A DNA stretch of 63,409 bases, counting the filler, from Octopus bimaculoides (lineage: Eukaryota): NCBI RefSeq assembly GCF_001194135.2. It is 3 parts of 2 records of this genome, joined end to end, with 100 filler letters (N's around TTAATTAATTAA, not from the genome) between each part and the next. Parts side by side here need not be neighbours in the genome. Positions count along the whole stretch, not along the records: positions 1 to 17,264 come from NC_068999.1; 2 more parts are not named here. One strand, 5' to 3'. This document shows, piece after piece, positions 1 through 11,838 of the stretch (position 1 is the first letter of the stretch; each line of letters starts with the position of its first letter). A program made the translations under genes and the position numbers. The notes under the pieces were generated by a model. That model had not been told where the DNA came from. It saw nothing but the letters and a program-made list of their open reading frames with translations, and searched no databases.

Positions 1-37
<37 letters not shown>

Positions 38-169
38 AATAGAAATGGATGATAATGTTCAACGCTGAAAATGTGTGAGTGTATGTGTGTATGTGTGTGC
101 GTGTACAAGAGAACTATGTGAAACTTTACATATATACGTAAAGTAAAGAAAATATATAAAAATAATTCA

Positions 170-357
170 GAATCCTTCTCCGGTACCGGATCGATTCCAA
201 AATCTAATCAGTTCGAGCCAGTCACGAGGCCAAACATCTCTGAAAGTTTCATCCTAATCCATCTAGCGGCTCTTGAGATATCTTGTCGATGGACAAACAA
301 AGAAACAAACAAACACGACTGAAAACAATACCTCTGCCTTCGCTAAGCCGGAAGTAA
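170..357 (-). mobile_element. 5' part of a non-autonomous Helentron/DINE-like (HINE) repeat
   Basis: Reverse complement matches the 5' half of the repeat at 29098-29480 (gttttcagtcgtgtttgtttg...gacaagatatctcaagagcc...gatgtttggcctc). Confidence 0.55.
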
Positions 358-419
358 CAAAGCAACAGTAGAATGTAAAGAATATTCTATGTGAAGTAAA
401 AAGAATGTCAAGATCATTT

Positions 420-620
420 AGGATCGTTAGCACGCTGAACGAAATGTTTAGCGGTATTTCGTCTGCCGCTACGTTCTGAATTCAAATTCCGCCGAGGTCG
501 ACTTTACCTTTCATCCTTTCGAGGTCGATAAAATAAGTACCAGTTGAACACTGGGGTGGATGTAATCAACTCACCCTTTCCCCCAAAATGGTTGCCGTTG
601 CGGCAAAATTTGAAACCATT
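420..620 (+). mobile_element. SINE family A copy
   Basis: ttagcacgctgaacgaaatg.ttagcggtatttcg...ttcaaattccgccgaggtcgacttt.cctttcatcc core recurs more than 12 times in the window. Confidence 0.85.
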
Positions 621-2230
621 ATTATTATAATCGTCTTCTGATTCACTTTCACTCGCACTAGACTCGCGCACNNNNNNNNNNNNNNNNNNNNNNNNNNNNN
701 NNNNNNNNNNNNNNNNNNNNNNNNNNNNNNNNNNNNNNNNNNNNNNNNNNNNNNNNNNNNNNNNNNNNNNNNNNNNNNNNNNNNNNNNNNNNNNNNNNNN
801 NNNNNNNNNNNNNNNNNNNNNNNNNNNNNNNNNNNNNNNNNNNNNNNNNNNNNNNNNNNNNNNNNNNNNNNNNNNNNNNNNNNNNNNNNNNNNNNNNNNN
901 NNNNNNNNNNNNNNNNNNNNNNNNNNNNNNNNNNNNNNNNNNNNNTAACACGCAGAAGTATTTGTTTTGGTAGTAGAAACATTTGCACTACGTTTAAAAT
1001 TTGGACCTTGGGCTTGAAATATAAAACTCGTTAAGCCGGAGTGTCGTAAAGCAGGTCCTCGTAAAGTGAGGCTCTTTCTTGGCACATCACCAAAAATTTA
1101 AAAAGTTACAGCCAAGCTACAAGAGCTGTAGGTTTCGTCGTAGTTAACTCTTTCCTCAACTTTAGACCAAATGTTCACATCCTCAGGGCAGCTGGCAATT
1201 ACAATATTGCGTGATTTTTGTTCTTTATTCTAGAGAGCACATTCAAAACTGCTGTGTTAACATTAGACTGCTGTTTTTATTGGAATATTTGAGCTGTAAT
1301 CTTATTTTCAAAAGTGTTGTTTTAGTCTGGTTCTTGTGCGTCTTTGGTATGGCCATCAGTATGAATATGTATGTTCGTTTGGCCTTATTTCTCAAATTTC
1401 ACTCCAGTAAAGAAAAGACAGATCCCCAAATAAAGTTTCTTTCATTGGAATTGAGACAACCAACAACTAGGTAATCAAGGACGCAATTTTTACTTATTTG
1501 AGGTCTTCCTGTAAGTAAGGAACTAGTTTCCAACAAAGGTACAAAGCTCCATCGTTGAAGCTTTCTATCTTTGTCGTCACATTTTGTATATATGTATCGT
1601 ATCACATTTTGCATGTATGTATGTATGTATGTATGTATGTAGGTAGGTAGGTAGGTAGGTAGGTAGGTTATTTCTGACCAAGCCGTGGGAAAGGCAGCTC
1701 TTAATAAGAGAAAGATACTCTAACATAAAGCTCACAGTCAAAAGAGTATCACTCATCTTGTAATGTTTGTCACTGGAACTTACTATGGCGACCGAGAGTG
1801 GCAAAAGTGTTGTACAAGCTTTTGTCACTTAAATCTAATGGCGTACAGATGTCTCACAGTAATTTAATCTTTTCTTCCGTTTTGTACTTTATGAAGTCCT
1901 ATGGTAATGAATGCGTGACGTAAAAAGTCATATCTGCGCACGTGTAAGGACGAAAGCAAATCAGAACAATCAGATTGAATGTGAGATGGTTCTTATCTGA
2001 CAGGATGAGGCAACCATCGGATAGGCAAATAGGTATATGTGTGTGTGTGTGCCCGGGTATGTGTGTGTGTGTGCGCGCGCCCATGCATGTGTGTGTGTGT
2101 GTGTGTGTGTGTTTAAGTGTGTGTGAGTGTGTGTTGTATATTACAGACTATTCTAAATATTCAGAATGAACATAGGATGAGATAATTAGTCGCTTGCGAG
2201 TTCAACAAATGTAGACAGACAGACTGATTA

Positions 2231-2267
<37 letters not shown>

Positions 2268-2419
2268 TTAATTGATTGATTGATTTGGCGTTATCTGTCA
2301 AAATTGTCTGAAGATGAAGCCACTGTGGTTAAGGTTAAATGATAGTCAAAAATGCTATCATCTGCTGAAGAATTTTATATGATAAAAAGTAAGCAACAAA
2401 TAAGTCATCTGTATGTGTA

Positions 2420-2469
<50 letters not shown>

Positions 2470-2531
2470 GGGGGATAGAAAGACAGTAAAAAAATTAACC
2501 CTAAACTAAACCAAGCTTGATAAAATCTGGG

Positions 2532-2754
2532 TCAGAGATGGTTCCATCGGCGCATGCGTAAGTAGGACGCTCTAACAGCAAAATTCCTACACAAGAGATG
2601 AAAAATATTGGGGTCAATAAACAAGTTAGCTAGAAAGTTTTTCATGTCAGATTTGGTTGAAGGTTTGGCTGATCTCATGGCAAACAACACTGTTTTCTCG
2701 AAGATGTGGAAATTCTTCCCCAGATGTTGTGCATGCGTTGTTGAGAAATAAACA
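2532..2754 (-). pseudogene. Open frame running into the gap; possibly an N-terminal (HTH) fragment of a DD37D/maT transposase
   Basis: PSTKSDMKNFLANLFIDPNIF...RASYLRMRRWNHL resembles the PSKSMRxxAxxL...KSYxxRRxHLL region of DD37D transposases; resemblance is weak. Confidence 0.35.
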
Positions 2755-3056
2755 NNNNNNNNNNNNNNNNNNNNNNNNNNNNNNNNNNNNNNNNNNNNNN
2801 NNNNNNNNNNNNNNNNNNNNNNNNNNNNNNNNNNNNNNNNNNNNNNNNNNNNNNNNNNNNNNNNNNNNNNNNNNNNNNNNNNNNNNNNNNNNNNNNNNNN
2901 NNNNNNNNNNNNNNNNNNNNNNNNNNNNNNNNNNNNNNNNNNNNNNNNNNNNNNNNNNNNNNNNNNNNNNNNNNNNNNNNNNNNNNNNNNNNNNNNNNNN
3001 NNNNNNNNNNNNNNNNNNNNNNNNNNNNNNNNNNNNNNNNNNNNNNNNNNNNNGCA

Positions 3057-3101
<45 letters not shown>

Positions 3102-3304
3102 AAACACACTCCACCCATATTATCTTTTAACACATGGATCTCAAACATTTAGTTTATATGAGTTCAGTTCTGTCGGAAATACCAAACTAAACAAACTATA
3201 AAGTTGGCTCTAATATATTATTTGATAAAGCCAGTCAAGAAAATTTTACGTTATTTATGTTATTAGTATGTTAGTAGTCCTTTCTACTTTCAGTACACAA
3301 AACC

Positions 3305-4690
3305 TGAGAATTGGGGAAAGGAGGCTAGTCGATTACATCGACACTGAAAGGATGTAAGGCAAAGTCGACCTCGGTGGCATTTGAACTCAGAACGTAAAGA
3401 ACCGGAAGAAACGCAGCTAAGTATTTTATCCGGCTCCGGTAATTATTCTACCCGCTCGCCGCTCTTATTGGTATAGTAGCTGAATAGCTCATCGTTGCCG
3501 GGCAATTTTTACAATACATTGTCTCATATAAATTTTTGTTTATTCCATGTCAGACCCTGCCTTCCCCGACTGATAGGCCTCTTGATCAGGACAGATTTGT
3601 GCAATTTTTCACAAAAAACTTCGTTGAGGATTTTATTTTCCTTTTTAAATTATTTGCATGTCTGTTCGATCGTTTCACATGACTTCATTCATTAAAACTT
3701 ATTAAAACTTCTGAAGTTCTTACAACTTTGGTCGTCGTTATGCATTTATTTCGTTTGCTTAATAAAAATTCCTCCTTGTAATGATTTTGCTTTCATTTTG
3801 TGATAGACAGCTATCATGCAGAAAATGCCTGCTTTCTGTTTTCTGATTAGGTAAAATTTAGTAAATTTAAAACCTCAACAACATTTTTCAGCAATTTTTC
3901 TGTAACAAATAATTAACAAAATCGGATTTAACGTGGGAAACTATTTCAATATACCAAATTTAAAAGTTTTGACATAATTTCAAAAGTAGAGGGACAGACA
4001 ATTATAGGACGTTAATGCGGTGGACAAAATGCTTAGCAGCATTTCGTCCGTCTTTACGTTCTGAGTTCAATTTCCGCCGAGGTCGATTTTATCTTTTCGG
4101 GGGTCGATAAAATAAGTACCAGTTGAATACTGGGTCCACATAATCGATTATTCCCCTCCCTCGAAATTGCTGACCTTATGCCAACATTTGAAACCAATAA
4201 TACTGCATATTTTTTGTGTTTACACATTTTTTTGTGTAAACACAATCCAACAGTTTGACCCGTCTTTGAATAAAACTTCTGATTGTAAAAGATTACATAC
4301 GTGCGATTGTGATTGTATTTGGATAAATATTGTACGGCGCAGCGTTGGTATCACTGGTTAGTAACAGTGTACTTCCATTTCCCGACCCAGATTATGATAG
4401 AAACCGGTCTACGATGTTTTGTAGAAACAGAAAGAATGAAATGTCTTCTGGACATTAATAACTGTTTCAAATTTTGGCACAAGGCCAGAAATTTTGGGAG
4501 AAGGGTTAGTCGACTACACCGATTCCAGTACTTGACTAGTATTTTATCCTGGGAGGATGAAATTCAAAGCTGACCTCGATGGGATTTCAACTCAGAACGT
4601 AAAGAGCCAAAAGAAATGTCGCAAAACATTTTATCCGACGAGCTAACGAGTCTACCAGCTCACCGCCCTGATCTGCTGGACATTGTTAAT
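3305..4690. mobile_element. Three SINE family A copies (3305-3470 -, 4010-4197 +, 4470-4690 -)
   Basis: Same aagtcgacctcgg/ttgaactcagaacg core as the copy at 420-620. Confidence 0.8.
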
Positions 4691-6168
4691 AGAAAACAAA
4701 TAACAGACTTGTTTTTTCTTTAATGAAGCAACTATGATGGCCACACGAATAGAGTTCAGTAATTATGAAAGCCGAGGAACTTTCAAAAATGAACATTAGC
4801 GGTATAAGATTTTCGATATTATCATCAGTTCGCCCCTAAAAGATGATAATTACTGCACGAGTCAGATTTTTGTCACAATACCAAAATCTCACTGAATCTT
4901 TTTCAGGTTATTCTCAATGATTACGTGAGTCAGCTTGTTTTCGCCAGTTGATAGTTTTAGAACTAAAAGACAGACTGTAGTAGATCATATGATTTAAATG
5001 AGATCTCATAGATTGTATGTAATCATATGAGCTTCATGTGAACGCAATGGAATATCTACAAGCAGATTGCGTACTTTAATGCATGCATTCATTTTACTCA
5101 ACTATTAGAAATAATGTTTAAGTTTTAAATGAGTGAAACAAGAAGAAAATACAAAATAAGAATGACCGTGATGATATTACGGTCTCACGTATAAATCTGA
5201 TGATAAATGTCGCTTATGTGGATATAATTTAATATCATTAAAGTATCTAGCATATATAAATTGTGAAAAAATATAATCAGTTGGTACATAAATCTACAAA
5301 AGTACATAAATTCACAAGTTGGTACATAAATCTGCAAAATAAAGGATTAAACTTTATCATTGTCTGTTTTGCAGGTATAAGAATGCGTCATCAAAATATC
5401 CTACTTTTCATAAAACTATTAGTAATGTACAAAAATAATCACTTTGACAGTATGTAAATCTATAAGAATGTTTGGGGAGATTAAAATTGAAAATTTGCAA
5501 GTATTTACTACACTTGTTTTAAAAACTCACTGAAATTATTTGTGGGAAATTCGGTAATGAAGGCTCTAAAATGCAGTTTGATAACCATAATAATGGATCG
5601 ATTTGCATAAACCAAAATTAAGGAAATATGATCTCAAACTAAAACCATTTTATAGATCATTTATTGAAATTTTTTTTGAAAATTTGATGTAGTAATGGAA
5701 AATGATAAGAGAATGAGAGGCAAAAACAATTACACGTTATTTGCTTAGTATGGATGTGATGAATGTTGATAGTTCAGCATTAATTCCTGAAAGTGAAGCT
5801 CCAGAACAGTTTGAGAAATTAAGTCGTTTTAAGATACATAATTTCCTCAAACAAAATATTGGCCTAGTTATTTTAAAGTAAAGTAACTACCAATACACAT
5901 TAAACTATGAATTATAAAGAAGTCCTGGAAACAAATTAATGAAGAGTTTTTAGAAGAAAATCCCTCCAGGAGTGGGGTGGTAAAGTGACCTCCCCTTTAG
6001 TCATAGTGTAAGGAGCGAATGGAAATTTTGTAATATGAGTAGATGTCGATCAAAGAATTTGTTCAGATTTTTATCCAACTCTAAATACTGAATCGATATT
6101 TCATTGTCTTTCTGGTATGAATAATTTTGCTATATCAGATTTAAAGAGAGCATATCGTCAAATAGAAA

Positions 6169-7378
6169 TGTAGTGAAACTACCTCTCTCACGGTTATATA
6201 TTAACAAATGCGAGCGTAGCAGAGAACAACTCTTTCCCGCCTGCTGTGTAATCACCTGACTGACTTTTATTTACGCGGCAATTGTCTCCTCTCCATTTGC
6301 TGCCAGGATGCAAAACGACCAACCGTAGCCCCTAATAAGGTCACATGAGAGAGTGTTTTTCTAATGCTTTCTGGAGCCCCTATTTTCCTATAAATAGCCC
6401 AAATTATCCGCGGCTCAGATCCTCACAGATCTGGTCGTTGACCACACACGCGTAACACAGCACCAACCAACCAGCCAGTTCCAGCGACGACATCAACAAC
6501 CACTTCAACTACATACTAGTAGCACCGTCGCCAGCGTCAACACGACTCTACGTACACAAGCTACCAAACAGCCACCGCAGCTTCTCTTCTCAACCCTGTT
6601 TGTGTGAATCGCCTCACCACGAAATAACAGCCAGAATTCGACACCTGCGAGAGAACATCTGTATTAAGATTCCGGCCCGGCAAAGAAGCCTCAACATCAC
6701 GACAAGTGACTTAGCTCTGCCTTAACCTTAACCTCTTACATACAGACCTACAATCTAACTGTGTACCTCAACAGAACTGGTATTTTCTTATCTGTGTTAC
6801 TGACTCTTATCTATACTCTGTAACTCTTACATTCACATACATATATTTGTACACATACACTATTTTGTTTACATGACGGCCTGTCTTATATTGTATTTTA
6901 TTATGTCGCATTCACACTCACACACAGACATACAGTTTAATGCTCCAATAAATCTTACTGTTATTCATCTTTATCGGTTGAGTTCCTATCTTTTATCTTA
7001 CTGGCACTCCTTCGCATTTCACATGCGAATTCTCTATGTTATAGTATTATAACATTATATCATTATATTTTTGTGTCGACCGTGCGACGCGTTTAAAAAG
7101 GAGCCTGTTTTCCATTCGTCACCATTTCTCCTTTGGTTCGCACGGTCGTTCTTACAAACTGGTGACCCCGACGTGATTCAAACGCACAGCCCGACGTGAT
7201 CCTGTTCATACAGCCGACGTTCCTATCTTGTCCTTCTTGGCAAACTTTTTTAGTTCTCTATGTTATAGTATTATAACATATATCATTATATTTTGTGTCG
7301 ACCGTGTGACGCGTTTAAAAAGGAGCCTGTTTTCCATTCGTCACCATTTCTCCTTTGGTTCGCACGGTCGTTCTTACA
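6169..7378 (+). mobile_element. Internally deleted LTR retrotransposon: full 5' LTR (6169-7156), PBS, 76-bp internal remnant, 3'-terminal 125 bp of the second LTR (7254-7378)
   Basis: TG at 6169 and CA at 7156/7378; GAAA target-site duplication at 6165-6168 and 7379-7382; 7030-7156 repeated at 7254-7378 with 3 differences; TATAAATA at 6389 and AATAAA at 6947 inside the LTR. Confidence 0.9.
7160..7177 (+). promoter_or_regulatory. Primer-binding site complementary to the tRNA-Trp 3' end
   Basis: TGGTGACCCCGACGTGAT 3 nt after the LTR end is the reverse complement of the metazoan tRNA-Trp 3' end (ATCACGTCGGGGTCACCA), recalled from memory. Confidence 0.9.
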
Positions 7379-7889
7379 GAAATATGTTCTGAAATAAGAG
7401 AAGTTACAATGACGAATGCACCAATGGATTTTTGAAAATGGATATGTTTGCTATACGGAATGAAAACAGTTAGATCATGCTACTGGAAATGTCACTCCGT
7501 AATCTTGTTTATCAGGTTGATTCTATGTATTGGTGATAAAACTTAAAAATCTACGAATCAAGCTTGATGAAGATAATAAATAGGGTGGAATTATCAGGCG
7601 TGAGGATCAGTCGAGCTTATTCTGTTAGACTGTTGGATTATTTTTTGAGAGTGAGGAGATTGATCATTTAGTAGTAAGAATTATAGGTGTAAAATCGCCA
7701 AAGGACAAGAAACGGACTTTTTTTTCTAACCCTAACCCTGTTAATTTCTATGGAAGATATATTGATTATAATTCAGATCGCATATTGCCGTTCGCATCAC
7801 TACGTAAACATGTTTCATTTTTAAGAGGAGTCCAATGACAAAAGGTATCTGGGCACATAAGGTTCCTGTTAGAATCAATGCCGGTGATC

Positions 7890-8880
7890 AATGAAAGCCA
7901 AACCTATGACCAACATGATATGTCTCATAGACTTTAGTATCCGTGCCATCTTTATACCTGTCGAAGCAGTACCAATGCCAATGAAAAACAAAGACAGCAG
8001 TATTGTGACGGACGACGAGAAACAATCTCAAATCATTAAACTGAACACTTAAACTCACTTAACAAACCATTAATTACCGCTGGTCACTGTCCTGTTCATC
8101 TTGCTTCTTTCCTCAAACAGACAATAATGTCAATACTTCAAACTCTCATATAACTGGACATCTGACAGATGCATAAAAACAAAGCTCTTTGTCCTGATTC
8201 TATTCTTGTTAACCTATACAAACAAGGAGGAAGAGCCTTAAAAACTCATCTCCATCAACTAATTCTATGAGTATGGAACCGGAGATCTATCCCTAGCAAT
8301 TTTAAAGATGCCAATATTGTGACCATCTTGACAAAAAGGTGACCGTGAAGAATAAATGGTGAGATTTCTTTATTATCATTCACCTTGGACGATCTCTGCT
8401 CACCCAGCTTTCTGAACTAATCTTGCTGGAATCCCATTTCGGTTTCTATCCTCAGGCACGACTGGCATGCTTTTAGCTGCCGGACAACTTATAGAAACGG
8501 CAAGGAAATAACAGAAATCGATATTTTTTCGCCTATGATTTAGTTAAAGCCTTTAATTATTCACCCAAACGTTTCAGTCATTTCATATTGGAATAAAAGT
8601 TTGAGTGTCATACCAAGATGAGTGTCACTACTCCTAAATTTGATATAAATAAGGGTGTTAAATAAGGCTTTGTACTTGCACCTAGTCTTTTTTCAATGCA
8701 AGTTTAGGACCAGAACAGCTACTGGCACTGTACAAAGCTTAAGTGAGATCCATAACGGAATACTGTTCCTATATCTAAAAGTGCTAGAGCCATGCATATT
8801 GACATTTCGGATCTCTAGAGAAGGGCCACTCAGCTGATAAGCACTCCATCTTACAGACGCACTCCAGACTCTGGCTCACA
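7890..8880 (+). pseudogene. Decayed RTE-clade LINE reverse transcriptase
   Basis: KNKALCPDSILVNLYKQGG...IPSNFKDANIVTI (cf. KAPGPDGIPAE.FKxGG...FKDAxIVTI), GMLLAAGQLIE...YDLVKAF, GVK*GFVLAPSLF (cf. GVKQGCVLAP). Confidence 0.85.
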
Positions 8881-9253
8881 AATGAGCTATCTCTTCTCTC
8901 TCTCTCTGTCTTTTCTATAGATAATATAGTAGCCTTTGCTTCTTGATGTTAGCTGGCCTCGTACCTCCATCATTCAGGCATTACCGACCCACTTGTCTTT
9001 TTCATCTCTTGTCACTCTTGATACGTTCAACCGCCCTCTTCCAGCACTAACCACTCTGCCCAGTCCTTCATCTCCAGAACATCAGTCCTCTGGAATCTTC
9101 TCCCCGCTCATGTCTTTCCTTCAGATATTGATCTGCCCTCGAATGGCGTGAAACGGTCATAGGCTCTGCTTCTTCTTCCCGACTCGGCAAATAAGAAAAA
9201 GCAAAACAAAACTTATGCAGATGCCATTCACATTCTTCCAATCTATTGACTTC

Positions 9254-9303
<50 letters not shown>

Positions 9304-9304
<1 letters not shown>

Positions 9305-9499
9305 TGTGATCTCAAATTTTAAAGCAAACATAATTTTCTTATGGTTTCTTAAATATTCACTAGAACAAAACTGTACAAATCCAAATATATGGTACCCTAG
9401 GCATAACACCTACATGAACTTCTAACTTGTTGTCTCTTGAGGTCTCTGGGTGAGACTTGGATCCAACTTGTACAAATGCAAAGCAAAAGTCAAACATAA
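9304..9499 (+). mobile_element. 3' end of a non-LTR retroelement (probably Dong/R4-type) embedded in an (AAT)n tract
   Basis: Second copy in reverse orientation at 42630-42835; (AAT)n on both sides (9255-9303 and 9500-9604). The family assignment is inference. Confidence 0.6.
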
Positions 9500-9661
<162 letters not shown>

Positions 9662-9662
9662 A

Positions 9663-9895
9663 GTTTCAAATTTTGGCTCAAGGCCAGCAATTTGGGGGAA
9701 AGGAAAAACCCGATTACAACTACCGCAGTGTTTGTCAGGTACTTATTTTAACTGGTACTCATTTTATCGCCCCTAGAAGGATAAAAGACAAAGTTGACCT
9801 TGATTTGAAATCAGAACGCAAAAGAACCGAAGAAATACTGCAAAACACTTCTGATGCGCAAACAATTCTGTCAGCTGCAATATGCCAACGATAAT
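9663..9895 (-). mobile_element. SINE family A copy
   Basis: Family core in reverse orientation. Confidence 0.75.
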
Positions 9896-10394
9896 GCTGT
9901 CCATCTTTAACCTTATTCTATCTACAAACCATCCCTCATTCATTCCTTCGTGTTGGTAATATACTTGACTCCACTGTCAACATACCAAATCAGTTCTAAG
10001 AAGAAAGAAGACCTCTTCAAATTATTACCAGTAGTGAACTTGTCGAAGAGGTTTCATCCTTCATTATCTCGTAGTATTTTGTTTTACTCCCTCGAAGATG
10101 ACATCAACCGGTTACGATTAGTCCATAAAGTCAGTGAGCACTTCCCACTCTTGTGTCTTTCCCAACCTCAAGCTGAGACTCAAAATAAAAGTTTTGGTAT
10201 ATCAAGGTGTTGTGTTCTCTACGTTGTTCCACGACCTTAAATACTTTGATTTCAGAGATTTCGCCAAGCGAAAATGCAATCGGTCCAGAGCGCCGAATGG
10301 GATGAATATAATACAAAGATGTCTGAAAAGAATAAAATCTATGGAAGAAAAAAATCAACGTCTTCGATACCTTCGAAAACATGTAAAAGTAAAG

Positions 10395-10510
10395 ATCCCC
10401 TTCGATCACGAATGACTATGGGATTGCATCTAGAAATTGCCCCCTCCGAGGTAAAAATCCAGGGAAGGTTGTTTGAGGAAGACCAACAGTCGCCCATGTA
10501 TACCAGTAAT
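10395..10510 (-). mobile_element. 3' fragment of SINE family C
   Basis: Aligns with 14680-14760 (gaatga..atgggattgc..ctagaaa...aaggttgttt). Confidence 0.65.
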
Positions 10511-10879
10511 ATGTAAAGAGGATGCCAGATACAGGAATATCTTAACAGATTTTGTACTCGGAACTTATTGAAGATAATCACTCAAAAGGCAATCACCCTC
10601 ATAAACACTCACTTGATGAGTAGCGTAGCTACAGTGTGTGCCGCCCAGAGTAGCCCTTTAGTTTGCTGCTCCTCCCCGCACCCCTATACATGCTTATCCA
10701 GAAGACCCAAAAGTGCACTTTGTAGAGACCGTACCATTATTCACTATTCGACCTAACAACTGGGAAAAGAAGGTAAATATATTTATCATTAGTACTCCCT
10801 GGAGTTAAACATACAGAAAAGGAGCTGTTGTCGCAAATGGGCAGTTTTTCTCCTTCAGTTTATATCAATAAGCTGGCTG

Positions 10880-11100
10880 AGAAAAATTACCCATCTTCGC
10901 TGTTTCAGGACCGACTTTGTGTCCAGCGACTTAGCTCAATAATGGAAACCTTAAAAAAACCACGTCGACAAATATATATACAGAGTATTCTCCCTTAGCA
11001 TGTGGGCCTGCACGATTTTTTTGAAGAGTTATTTCCCTTTGACTACAAAAAAAAAAAGGCTGAAATGCCTCAGTTAAAAACTGAGAGAATTAACGGTAAC
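10880..11100. promoter_or_regulatory. Candidate promoter / divergent first-exon region
   Basis: Locally CpG-rich. - strand gcgaagATGG|gtaatt (ATG at 10894-10892) and + strand gaaATG...AACG|gtaaca (11065-11095) point away from each other. The CpG-depleted domain starts immediately downstream. Confidence 0.4.
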
Positions 11101-11469
11101 ATTACAAAGCGATAACTTAAAGTAAATTATTGAAAAACACTCAGCGAACTTTCAGAATAAGTACACTTAGTAGTTCCTTCTTTCTTTTTTTTTTAAAGTT
11201 GTTGTTTTTTTATCAGATACCCAAATTTTAAACATTGCAGTTTCAGTTCTGTAAAAAGTTGTACACAAATTTAACCCCCCCAAATCCTAGTTAAATGTAA
11301 TTTTTACTCTAATCTGAACTGTAGTCCTAAGTGCTGACACCAACCCACAACTTTAATTGCTAAACCTTAGCCCTTACCTTAGACTCTAACTTGAAAACCT
11401 AACCCTAATCTTATTTCTGTTACTTACATACTAACTCCAAACTCAAGCCCAGCGTGAGTTTATTTAAAT

Positions 11470-11838
11470 CAAGGGTTCTCGACCATTTTTTACCTATGGA
11501 TCCCTTTGATTACTATTTTATTCTAGTGGACCCCATAGTTGTTCGATTTTTTATAGATATTTCTTTCAAAGTTCCTACTCTGTTTTTCACACATTAACTT
11601 GTGTAGGTTGAACTATGTAAAATATTGTAGAAAGAAACCAAGCTGCTTCTTGCAATATATACCAGTACATACATCTAAAGCAGAAATTTTTCAGGGACCT
11701 TTAAAATACTATTGTGGATCCCCAGTTTACTATTTTGCTTATGTAGACCCCCCCCCCATAACCCCCACACCCCTACCCACTAAAAAAAATCTTATATGAA
11801 CCCCCAGGGGCCATATGGACCCCAATTAAGAACCACTG
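11470..11838. mobile_element. hAT (Charlie-like) MITE
   Basis: Imperfect TIRs caagggttctcgacc / aattaagaaccactg; flanking 8-mers atttaaat / gtttaaag resemble a decayed TSD. Confidence 0.6.

Larger units (their letters stand above)
5780..7850 (+). pseudogene. Decayed Ty3/Gypsy pol (reverse transcriptase) relic, interrupted by the LTR element at 6169-7378
   Basis: Translations with stops and frameshifts: LPIHIKL..., SPLVIV.GANG, FYPTLNTESIFHCLSGMNNFAISDLKRAYRQIE (cf. DLxxAYxQI), after the insertion LLYGMKT (cf. PFGLKNA) and VNFYGRYI (cf. VNYYGRFI). Confidence 0.8.

Noticed and set aside
950-1614. - strand ORFs (SFIFQAQGP..., KLQRWSFVPLL...) as exons or transposase
   Set aside because: No acceptors in frame and only faint Tc1-like similarity.
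7727-7740. ctaaccctaaccct as a telomeric seed
   Set aside because: Only two units, inside the Gypsy relic; compatible with chance.
10131-10581. ORFs on both strands, including an LHITGIHGRLLVF stretch resembling I/Jockey RT
   Set aside because: 10395-10510 aligns to the 3' part of SINE family C at 14680-14760, so the motif is probably coincidental; no convincing exon structure.
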